64,000 nucleotides of DNA, from contig OZ004609.1 of assembly GCA_963924565.1 (NCBI GenBank), positions 32,302,001 through 32,366,000 on the forward strand, in the 5' to 3' direction. The notes beneath the pieces were generated by a model. It worked only from the letters and a program-made list of their open reading frames with translations, was not told where the DNA came from and did no database searches. Positions 39,170 to 50,043 of the stretch are shown piece after piece (the stretch's first letter is position 1; each line of letters starts with the position of its first letter). The position numbers were made by a program, and so were the translations under genes. The DNA comes from Ascidiella aspersa (Eukaryota).

Positions 39170-42100
39170 ATGGGAAAGAGTGAAGAAATGGACAACGTTG
39201 TCGTTAAAACAAATGAAACAGACGGTGAGTAATGTGAATAATTCATTTTAAGTAACATCAGAAGCTTTCGTTAAACACTCTTTTAGACTCAATTCATGAT
39301 TGAATGAAAATGCACTATTTCCTATTTGTTGAGTCGTTATTAGATAAAAAAATTTCCCTCTTGACTTACCTCTAGCTGTTATCCTAACATACCTTCCAAG
39401 GTACAATACCTGTGTTGATCGTAAATTATGGTTGAAATTCCTATACTAATTTGGTATCGGATCGGCACTTATACCACCCTAGTATCGGACGAGTATAGAT
39501 CAAATGGTTGGCATCGGGCATCGGCTCCGATCCGATATTAACAGACATGTCAGTGGTGGCTCTTCAATGAAAGAAAACTTTGAAAAACTATAGGGATTGT
39601 ATGTCACAGTTGTCACGCCTATAAGCATTTCATGGACTTCATGACTGAAGTCATCGTGAAAATATATTAATTAAAAAAAGTCGTCGTATTGCTAGATGAA
39701 TTTTTTTCAAACGTAGGAAAACTTTTGCTTAGAACCATCTTAAAAAATCCAATCATGTGAACTCAGGCAGCAACAACCAAATCCAACGGCGACATATGGT
39801 TTGTTAAACACTTGAAGGAATATAGGTATATTTTGCTGAAGTCATAAATTTCCTAAAGGCGAGCCAATCAATGTGCCGACTTTCCACATTATGCGGCAAG
39901 ATAATGCAAAACAACAACGAACAACGCTCGTGAATTCTCCTAGTTAAATTTAGATTCTTTTTTTGTTATTTGCAAGGCTGGAAATGTTTCACCAGTGGAT
40001 CTCTTTGGCCTTCATCCTTTCTTTTGGTTATATATCTGTCCAGGATTTGTCACGTAAGTTGTTCAACCTATTCGTTCCTCATAATTTTTTTATCTTTATT
40101 GCAAATTAACTAATTTCAGTCAATGCTAAGCAACTCGACCAAACGTTAAGTAAACAGTGTATTATACTTTAGTGTGACTGCCACAACTTTAGTTTCTAAC
40201 TGTTACATTGGTTAACAATACGTTTTTTTCTTCGATTCCTTCCGATTTCTACATAAAATATATATATAAAATTGCCGTTAACTCATTTTTATAAACAGAA
40301 GAAAACTAATATTTACGTTGCAAATCACATGATTAAGGGAATGTTATATTTGCGTTAGATTTCTATTGGTAAAACTTTAAAAAAAAATTGGGTTGCGACG
40401 TTTCGCCGTAACAGTTATTACTTTAGCATAGTTTTCCTAATAACTTATTTCTTCACAGGGCATTTACCTGTCAATTCCCTCGCCTACCATGTTATTTCTT
40501 GCACAAAACGTGAACGGGACAGTTGCCTCCATATCACCTATATTTACAGGCAGAGCAGTGGGAGCCATGCTAGGAGCAATGCTTGCTGGCGTGCTACTGA
40601 GAGTCGGAAAACCAATGGTTACCCTAGGTAAGTTCGGGTAAACGATGAACTGAACGTTCACGGAGAATGAACTGAACGTGGACGGAGAATGAGTTAGCTA
40701 AGTTTCTCCATAAATATTTTTAAAGTTTCGCTGGAAAACGTAACTATTGTTTCAAACAAGTACCACGGAATTATTTCACCTTACATGATTTTACTTATTA
40801 TTTTGCAGTCTTGTAATGACTTGACAATGACTTGACTAACGTGAAATTAAGTTACTGTTTTTAATTGACTTGACTTAAGTCTTTTGGGTAGATGACTTAA
40901 CCTAAGCCTTATCATCAAGAATTTAAAATATTGCCTAAGTTTACTATAATTTTTCATTACAAAACTCGTTGCTCGCTATATGTAACGTTTTCGTTGTTTG
41001 TTGGTTAAAATAACGCCCCAGATCGGATAAGTCCAATTTTACAATATCTTTGGATGAAAATTACTTTCTAAAACAATGACTTGAACTTGACTTGCTAAAA
41101 CTCGCAAATGACTTAGTACTAAATTCATTCGTAAATGACTCGACTTCAATTTAAACCATTTAAAAATGACTACACTGGAAGTTCAGCCATTCAAAAATCA
41201 CTTGTTTACAACACTGTTATGTTGTTACTATTTTGTTGACGCAATAAATTCGTCTGGGAGAGAATGATTTTATTTTAAAGCCAATTGCCCCCTTTAAAAA
41301 GTCAGGCTCATATTTCTGCAAACTTGCTCTTACTCTAATGCTGTTCAATAAATTTTAGGTCTGGCGGTTTTCCTGTCTGGGGTTTTCATGTTCTTCATTC
41401 CCTTCGTAACGTCCACGACCATGTTGTTTCTACTTTTAACTGGCGCTGGACTGATGGCGGGTTATTTGGACGCAGGTAGGTTAAATACTGTAGATAAAAG
41501 CTATAATTTAACTTTCATACAATGAAGCAGTTTGTGAAATAGACCCTTCCTTTAAGCTATACCAGATTTGTAAAGAAATTGCCTGGGGTCACCTCAAGTA
41601 AATTTTACACCTTGACTTTTATATTTTACTTTGATTTAAAGACTGTGAAATAGATTTTATGAGGTTCGTTACAAATAGAATATGAGGTTTGTTTTTGAGA
41701 TGTTGCGTGTAATCCCAGGCATGCAAGCTCTCCTTCTGCAGTTGTGGGGTGAAAAAGACTCAAGGCCCCACATCCAGGCTTTCCACTTCATGTTCACCAT
41801 CGGCGCAATCCTTGCACCATTTCTGGGTGAGTTAAATTAGCGATCTAGGTGCTGTAGTTACGGGTAAGAAGGCGCTGGCTCTTAAGACAAGAACCGACGG
41901 CTGCTTAAGTCTCTTACACGTTCCTTGTAGATATCTAAGTCCAAAGGATAAGCCGCTAAAACAGCTGTCTTTAACTTCTTGAACTCTAGACAGAGTCACT
42001 TCACTCAGTTGATATTGCTCGTTGAGTATATACTTAAAATCTCAGAAACACACGATAAAATAACGCGGGGATTCAAGCCGCTATAGTCCATAAGACGCAT

Positions 42101-45100
42101 CAAGTAGAATCAATTGTGAAACGCTAAAAGTACTCGGTTCTGTGATTGGTCACGCCTCAGTTAACGCCGGTCACGTGCATAATGCCGTCAAATTAAGTAA
42201 TGTAGGCTATAATGCTTGACAAACGTTACATCCAAAGTATAGCCTACAGTTATTAACTATTTTGTACAATGTTTTCCATTATGGTGGCACAGGTTTATTT
42301 TGAAGTTATTGACACGAAGCTTAAAGAAGATTGCGTTAATTGGTTTCAGTTGACGAAACGTTCAGCTTGGAAGTATAGCCTACTTGACGCATTCAGGTCT
42401 TAGAAATAACAGCCCTATATTATCTCCAATTAGGAATTCGATTAGGCCTACGTATAAATACAATGGACATATTGCAAAGCTGTATAAACAAATCTCACTC
42501 ACTTGTAATTTGGTAGGAGAAAGTCTGAGTCTAAATCTAGAAAGAGTCGGTGCTAACCTAGTCAGTGCTAGGCATTGGATACACAGAAAAGGTGAAAATA
42601 TTCTTAAAGGCGCCTTAATGCTAAAAGCTTCTTGGCAAAACAGACTATAACATCAGAAGAGATTAAAAAAATTGTTTCGCGTTTAAAGTGGGTAAAGTTA
42701 AAACTGCATTTAGGTTGTTGAAAACTACGTGAGGGAAGACACTCCCCCCTCCCCCTACACACACAAAAAAACTGCTCACATTGTATTTCCGTTACCAGCT
42801 CGCCCGTTTCTTGTGATGGCAAGCGAGAAAACCAACACTAAGAAGATTTGTCCCGGGTTCGAATCCAACCAAAGTCAGTCGGAGTCGGTGAACAATACAA
42901 AGTGAGCTTAAACCAACTAGTAATTTGACCTATAGAACACCCAATTGGCACTGTATTTTAAGGGTACAAAAAGTGGCATACGATATTATTTTTGAACTAT
43001 TTTTTCTTGCAGGTCATTCGAATCTCAGGGCATCAATCCTGTGTCGTACGCTTTCGTGATTACTGCAATTTTCATGGTGTCCGTATCCCTGTGCTTCTTT
43101 TCCATGGCTGCTATCAAAATTACGAAAAAGATCAAAAAGCAAAGAAAAGGTAGAATTACAACCAAGAATCGCTTTAAGTTTGATTCCGTTATACTTTTTA
43201 TGACGTCTATGTGCGCATAGAAATTAGCCTGTGATAACAGGGGGGAAACTTCTCATGAAATTAAAGTGAATTTGCATGCTTGTACTAAAATACCAAATGT
43301 AAGCTAAATAACATATCAAAGGGTATTCGGCAAAATATACTTCGAGCCTTGGGTTTTCGAGTTGCTAGTTCATGTCGGCTTTATGACTCCAGTTGTGTCT
43401 ATATAATTTTGTTAAGTTATTGACAGTGTTGTAAACAAGTCATTTTGAAATAACTTAAGTCCCAGTCAAGTCATTTGAAAAATAACTTAAGTCCAATTCA
43501 AGTCTTTTGCGAAAATAACAAGTCAAGTCCCAGTCCAAGTCATCGGTTGCACAAGTCAAGTCCCAGTCAAGTCATTATGAGAGCAAGTCAATTTCAAGTC
43601 ATGTCATTGACATAAAAGTAAATTGTTAAACTATTGAAATTGGTAAAATTGTCCGATCATAAGCAACAATTTAACTAAAAAACCAACACAAACGCAATAT
43701 ACAGCACTTAAAGTGTTTAATGTGCAAAACTTAAAATGAATTTTAATAAAAAACACTTAATTTAATCCCAAGTTATTTGACATAATGACTTAAGTCAAGT
43801 CAAGTCATTTTGGTCAAAAGACTTAAGTCAAGTCAAGTAATTTGAAAACAGTGATTTAAGCGCACTTAAGTCAAGTCAATGACTTAAGTCATTACAACAC
43901 TGGTTATTGACGGACGCCTCTCATAGCACTGGTGTTTACACGGAGGTGTTGATAGTTGACACTGTTACCAGGACTAGGTAAGCCCATTTTATGTGCAACT
44001 GAGATATGGAAGGCGTATGAATATATACTGTCAACATACTCTTTAGAAGAAATAGACTACTTGCAAACGCTAAGCGTACAATTATAACAGTGGGTGTATT
44101 TTTTTAAGTTAGTCGACCTAACCTGAGTATAGCAAATTCATTAAGATCGTTGGTTTAAACTTACAACAGGCAGGATGTTTCTAGCCTTACCTTGCTTGTA
44201 CAACATTCCTAAATAATAACGGTCCATGGCACCGGGTATTATTTTGTGATCTACATAACTGGACGCTTACAAAAAAAAAGCAGTAAAGGAAAGTTCGAAA
44301 CTCATTCAGGACCAGAGAAGCTATGTTTTTTGATTAATTTAACTGAATTTTGTGACAGTCTAAGTATGTATCTAACAAACAAAATATTTCAATCTAGAAT
44401 AGCATTACTCTCTACTTTTGACATAATACCAATAAAAGTTTTGTCCAAATTTCCAAATTGGAGTAAAACCGTTGGACTATTTTTCAGGGGAGCAACGTGC
44501 CGTTGAGGAACGGCCAGAGGAACCGTTGAAGAACGTTTGGGTCTTGTTCCTCCTGGTGATGCTCTTCTACTTTTTCCTGGTCGGAGGAGTTCATCCCTAC
44601 GCTTCCTACATTTTCTCCATTTGCGTTTGCTCCAAACTTCAATTTTCGGTAAAAATCAAAACTTTTCGGTGACTTCATAGGCTAAAGGAGTGTTTGTGTG
44701 AAGAATAAGTCTGACATATTGCAGAGACGCGGAACCATAATTGTTTTTTTACCCGCAGCGACAAATCATGATACATTATTAGTTTTGCTACTGAATTTGT
44801 ATTGTGGATATACTGGTGTAAATAGTAACACCATTTTAGCATGATTCCAGTTCCATATATAATGGATAGATTGTCTTTAATATGTTGCACTTTCTGTACC
44901 CAGAAAACTTACGTGATTACAATAGTTTTAAAACACAATTTTCAAAAAGTTGATTTTGAGAATAATTTTTGAAGCGTCTTTTAAGCATCGTGGTTAAATT
45001 AAGTTAGTATTGAGTATTATGCACCTGGACGAACTTCTAATGTAGCTTTAAAAAAACTCCTAATCAGATGCTTGATGTTACTATTTAGTTTAAGTTCCAA

Positions 45101-48100
45101 GCTTCTAAAGTGATTGAGTCTAAGATGATTCAACTTACAGGAATCCGACGCCAGTTTGCTTAACTCAGTCTTTTGGATCGGTTACTCCGCTGGAAGACTC
45201 ACGGGAATCGCAGCCGCAAAGTTTCTCAAGCCTAGCCTTATTATCGCAATCTGCCTGATCGGAGCACTTCTTTCAATGGTAAGCCTGATTACAAAAATGT
45301 AACTTAGCTCTAAACCACTTTGAATCACTAACATGAGTCATTATAAGAACTGCAAGTCCAATCTCAGAATTAGCGATACTTAATCGCATCAATGTAATAC
45401 TTGCTTGAATGTATATGAAGTGTATATATTCTACAGGGGCATTATAGGAGCTGTATATATATATATATATTCTACTGGTGCTTTAACAGAGTTGCTATTT
45501 TCTGATTGTAAAAATCTAAATCAACATGTATGTCATACCTCAGATAAATCACTAAAAGTTAACTTACTAGTGTTGTAAACGAGAGATTTTGAAATGACGT
45601 AAGTCCAAGTCCAGTCGTTTCAATAAATAACAAGTCAAGTCCCAGTCCAAGTCATCAATTGCCCAAGTCATGTCCCAGTCAAGTAATAATTATAGCAATA
45701 TACTCCAAGTCACGTTATTGTCAAACATATGAAACGTAAAATAGAAACCTGTCCGATTATGAGCAATAACTCGAGTAACACCTATTAAAATCACAACACA
45801 TAGCAAGCAAATCGTTTTATATGCAAAAATTGAAATAAATAGCATAATTTTATTAAAAAAAAGTCGTTTAAAAAAAGTAACTCAAGTGCACTTAAATTAA
45901 GTCAAGTCATTTACTCAAGTCTTTACGACACTGTTGTATACAAAAATCAAATGTTGCTTCTAGGTTGTGATGAGCATTTCTGGCACCAGCAGTCACGTCG
46001 TTCCATGGCTTGTGACGTTTTTATACGGCTACTTCGTTTCCATACTTTACCCAGCTTGCGTGTCGTGGACTTCCAGGATAACTAACGTCTCAGGTGCAAA
46101 TTGATAATCACACCCCAAAATATATATTACAACAAATTACCTCAAGGTGATTAATTAAAATCAGTTGATTCCCAAAAATCTAGCATTTAATGAGCTTCGA
46201 ACTATAACGACCTCGGAAACCTAAAAGCGTTCCCAGCTAGTGGGTCGCGAAGCACTTCTAACAATTTTTTATTAGATCTCGTGTATTTTGCATTATCATT
46301 ACGTAACGTTATCTTCAGTAGAAAGAGAGTGGCCCAAATAATAGATAATCATTCTTTTGTCTATTATTTGGGCCACTCTCTTTCTACTGAAGATAATGAA
46401 AAGATCCGTGTTTAGTGTTCCTAATTACGTAACGTTTATGCAAGAATGTAACAAATACGTAAAAATTAGATGTGTTGTGTCGCTTTAACTATTTCAGTAT
46501 ACGTATACGTCAGTAGTAAAGACGCGGGATTTATGTAACTGTTAATCTTTTTTGCAATTGGTTGCATTTTAAATTATTGCTAAACAATTTGGTCATAGCT
46601 CATTGTGGGTCGCACAATGAAACTTGCATTAAAAGTGGGTCGCGAACTGAAAAAGATTGGGAAGCACTGGTCTATACGGACTGAGCTATAGGCCTACAAA
46701 GTCTGGAACAAACATATACCCCTCTATGGCCTCTTTTGATAAATAAATGATTCGACTGGGGTCTACACCGTGATCACGAGGCCAATAGGCCAAGACAAGG
46801 GGCCATGCACTTCGGCTTGACTGACACTCTATTTTAAATTCGCGCAAAACCCTATACAATAATTAATTAGTGTACCTATACTTTTGGCTTGTTAAACGTC
46901 TACTTTTTTAATAAACATATAAATTAATAAAATGATGCTATAAACAAAGGGTTTCTCATTAAATATACATTCCAGCGAAATTATCTGCAAAAAGTGTAAT
47001 AAACCAGTTTGATTACAACATAGTTAAATTAGGGTTTGGGTGCAATATCAAGCTATTTAATTACGGCAATACAACAAGTCCTGCTAGCCTACATGTTTAG
47101 AATCTTTCGATCGGTAAAGTCGTAAAGTAAGGGTCTTGTAGGTTTAATATAGTCTTAAGCATTGATGTCCGATAATATTGGATCGGAGTCGATACCCGAT
47201 GCCACCTGACAGTATCGGTTCTAACTCGATATCCTCGTGTGGTATCGTTGCCCATCCGATGCGCATATTGGTAAATTATAACCATGTTTTATAATCCTAC
47301 GTAGAGTTTTTGCCTTTGAAAACGTAAATTTCTAAGTTAATATTACATTCAAAAATCGAAATGAATTGCGATACTTTTTGCCAAAAATATCGGATATCGG
47401 AATGAGATTCCAAGTATCGGACAACCCTTATTTTAAGTACTTAACATTCGACAGGCAAGTACTTGTTCATCTTCAACTTTGGAAACGCAATTGGGTCGAT
47501 GAGTATGGTGCCGGTAGGTGGCGTAATATTCCAACAACTTCCGCTAGGGGTCGTTTACAGCAGTACAGGTGAGAAAATCACTTCTTTATTTTACTATACA
47601 AAACAACAAAGGTTCCTGGCAATAAATTACAAAGCCGAAAAGGTCGAGTAGATTGACATGTCTTGATTAAGACGTTTCGATACGATTAACTGAAGATAAT
47701 ACAAGCTCGTATCGAAACGTCTTTATCTAGATCAGGGGTTCTTAAACAGGGTTAAAAAACTTTTTTTTTTTTAGACTCCATTTCACTTTTACATGTTTTA
47801 GACCGCAATCAACAGATTTATGAAGTCTATTTTTACTGTGACGTCAATTTTTAAAATCCTTTTTTGAATTTTTTATGCCTATTGTGGCCCACGCAAACCA
47901 AAAATGTATTTTAGGGACCCGCGGTAAAAAAAGTTTATGAACCCCTAATCTAGATGATGTCTATCTACTCGACCCTTTTGGCTTTGCAATTCATTATCCA
48001 GCTACATTAGAGATCCGTGCATAGTGTACCCAACAATAGGGTGTATCTTTATAGAATCGAAAACCATCGGCGGCAGGTTTTAGCCAGTCGATCACTGCTC

Positions 48101-49233
48101 CGCTGACGCGTATATTAACAAGTAAAACTCATAGTTAAAAACATGAGTAAAAACAGGATCAGACGTTTTGTTTAAAGGAAAATATATTTCGCCAAAGTGG
48201 CATCATCAGTTCCTGTAAGAGTACAAATAAATAAATAAAATCAGAGCGCAGCCATCAACAAACCAATAAAAGTAAACAATAAAATATTAAAACATGATAA
48301 TAGACTAAAACGCAATGAAAAGCACTACAGCCTCGCAGGCAACACGACTGGGATAAATGAGTAGGCGACGCAAATAAGTGGAGGAAGGGGAAAAAATACA
48401 TATGATCTCGCACTGCTTTTTTCATTGCGTTTTTAGTTTTAATATTTTATTGTTTACTTTTATTGGTTTGTTGATGGCTGCGCTCTGATTTTATTTATTT
48501 ATTTATTTGTACTCTTACAGGAACTGATGATGCCACTTTGGCGAAATATATTTTCCTTTAAACAAAACGTCTGATTCTGTTTTTACTCATGTTTTTAACT
48601 ATGAGTTTTACTTGTTAGTGTACCCAACAAACGTTCTTTTGTTATATATTTCTCAACAAGAAATAATTTTCGTGCGCAAAATACCGCATACAACATCAAT
48701 CGATGAACATAAAAACGAACGTTTAATTTCCACCTCCATACAAACAGGTCCTGAAATATAACATCTGAGTTGTGCTTCATCAACCTTTAATCGCCGTTTA
48801 TTGTTTTCGTTGGTTATCGCATTTTTATTTCCTTTTTGTCGTTTTACTTTGCGTGGTGTTGAGCATGAGGTTGTTTCATTCCCCGAAAAAGGCAACCTGC
48901 ATACGTATCCGAAACGTGGTTAAAAAATAAGTCCCGGAAGAGCTTCTTTAGTATCAACCGATACCCTAATTTAGTTCCTTGCTCTATTTAGGCGCGTTTT
49001 ATACCAAAATACACGTTGTTTTGGAACAACAGAATTATAAAGAAAGTTGCCTATCGTCATGTGTGTTGCATAAAAACATACTTGCTCTAACATTACTCTC
49101 AAAAACAGCCTTCGTCTTTGCAACGATGATCGTCTTCGTAATTATGGTGGTCTACGCGAAACAACGTCGCCAGAAGAGATCAGTTAAAAAAGAGGAGAAT
49201 TCGACTCCACTCAAATTACTACAAGCGAATTAG
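39170..49233 (+). CDS. MFS transporter, MFSD4/NaGLT1-like, paralog B, 12 exons, about 477 aa
   Basis: Exons 39170-39224, 39977-40053, 40459-40627, 41359-41475, 41719-41826, 42799-42901, 43013-43149, 44488-44648, 45141-45278, 45964-46093, 47455-47568, 49109-49233. The ten internal exons have the same lengths and phases as paralog A and the frame is intact. Confidence 0.88.
40806..41216. mobile_element. Same AAGTC hAT-like family, opposite orientation
   Basis: CAGTCTTGTAATGACTT...TTGTTTACAACACTG, GACTT arrays, TSD TTATTTTG/TTATGTTG. Confidence 0.75.
43424..43902. mobile_element. hAT-like non-autonomous element with AAGTC subterminal repeats
   Basis: TIR CAGTGTTGTAA/TTACAACACTG, perfect 8-bp TSD GTTATTGA, arrays of (C/T)AAGTC at both ends. 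Confidence 0.85.
45568..45933. mobile_element. Same AAGTC hAT-like family, decayed copy
   Basis: TAGTGTTGTAAAC...TTTACGACACTG; internal sequence aligns by eye to 43424-43902. Further fragments near 27382-27540 and 37920-38070. Confidence 0.7.
46225..46669. mobile_element. MITE of the same family as 56511-56823, carrying an internal hairpin insertion
   Basis: Shared 3' end GGTCGCACAAT.AAAC.TGCATTAAAAGTGG.TCGC.AACTGAAA..TTGGGAAGCACTG. Confidence 0.7.
46309..46396. repeat. Perfect 37-bp inverted repeat with a 14-nt loop
   Basis: TTATCTTCAGTAGAAAGAGAGTGGCCCAAATAATAGA (46309-46345) and its exact reverse complement (46360-46396). Confidence 0.95.
47160..47429. mobile_element. MITE with ATCGG/CCGAT subterminal motifs
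   Basis: Ends ..TGTCCGATA/TATCGGACAACCCT. Similar CCGATAT/GTATCGG-rich fragments at about 26465-26510, 33290-33355 and 39453-39545. Confidence 0.55.
47620..48036 (+). mobile_element. Penelope-like pLTR fragment, family A, with inverted partial copy and a slightly degenerate hammerhead (47684-47727); interrupted by a MITE
   Basis: GAUUAA-CUGAAGA-U-AAUAC(AAGCUC)GUAUC-GAAA-CG-UC-UUUAUC, preceded by an inverted copy of its own downstream sequence. Tail TACATTAGAGATCCGTGCATAGTGTACC is shared with copies at about 55-175 and 15074-15385; the core region is shared with 55781-55850. Confidence 0.62.
47733..47947. mobile_element. hAT-like MITE
   Basis: Ends CAGGGGTTC...GAACCCCTA with a perfect 8-bp TSD ATCTAGAT (47725-47732, 47948-47955). 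Removing it restores the host family A sequence. Confidence 0.8.
48176..48214 (-). ncRNA. Minimal type I hammerhead ribozyme motif, inverted copy
   Basis: Exact reverse complement of 48519-48557, in the left arm of the fold-back. Confidence 0.8.
48519..48557 (+). ncRNA. Minimal type I hammerhead ribozyme motif (Penelope-like element type)
   Basis: AGGAA-CUGAUGA-U-GCCA(CUU)UGGC-GAAA-UAUA-UU-UUCCU: 5-bp stem I, intact core, 4-bp stem II, helix III reduced to one A-U pair capped by palindromic UAUA. Predicted cleavage after 48552. Confidence 0.8.
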
Positions 49234-50043
49234 TTGCATTGTACCAGTATTTGTAAACACCACAGCACTGTTTCTTGACAAGCTTGTGGACAGAAGTTTA
49301 TGGCCCAACAAACAAGCTATATTTCAGCTTTTACAGTTGTCATCGTAGTTTAGGTATTTTATTTTAAAATACCGAAGTAACTAGATCTCATGTATTTACG
49401 GAACTTGTCGTCCATATAGCCTACCTTTACAACGCAGTATATTCGTGCTATTGGTACTGTAGATCTCACGTGAATTGCTGTGTATAATGATTACATTGAA
49501 ACAAACACCATTCAGTTTGATTCTATTTGTTATGTCTTCTGCACACAAATCTACACAGAAAACCTCAAATGACTAAGACGGATGGTTTTCAATTTTGTTG
49601 TTCATCTTTTTACCCTGGTGTTGTCCAAACAGGATGTGTTTCTGCTAAACGACCATTTTACATTTCCATATCCTGCGATGACACGACAAATAAATCAAGT
49701 GCCATATCTTCTCAGATTCCAATCTAGTAAATGGGACGCAACTTAATTGCGTTGTTTAATTATATGCGTATAGTATAAAGGGCGATAAGTGTTTTTGTTA
49801 TGCACCAGATGTGGGCTATATGTTTGACGTTTGAGAGTAATAAAATCAGCTTAATGCGTTTGTATAGCAAATAATACGAACAATGGAAATGGATTGGCCC
49901 TGGAAGTCTAAATTGCAAGACTATCGTCAAGTTATGCATAGGTGGAATATGACCTTAACAGTAATCTAAACTTTGTTTAATACCATAAAAACTAGCTAAA
50001 AAAGCATCGCAAAAGACCATTAACGCTTTGGTTTTTCCCCAGT

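Larger units (their letters stand above)
48037..48615. mobile_element. Non-autonomous Penelope-like fragment (inverted pLTR pair, called family C here)
   Basis: Near-perfect inverted arms of about 200 bp (about 48116-48323 and 48414-48617), each with a hammerhead. Flanked by the 15-bp direct repeat TAGTGTACCCAACAA at 48022-48036 and 48616-48630. Confidence 0.7.

Noticed and set aside
40394-40430. GACGTTTCGCC as a further hammerhead remnant on the minus strand
   Set aside because: Only the GAAACGUC half is present; no CUGANGA or stems.
43424-43902. AAGTC arrays and the 190-bp tandem units as CRISPR-like arrays
   Set aside because: No constant repeat with unique spacers, eukaryotic context, and TIR/TSD structure or simple tandem decay explains them.
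30066-49233. The two transporter copies as an uncollapsed haplotype artefact
   Set aside because: Most introns do not align and terminal exons are highly diverged, which fits true paralogs.
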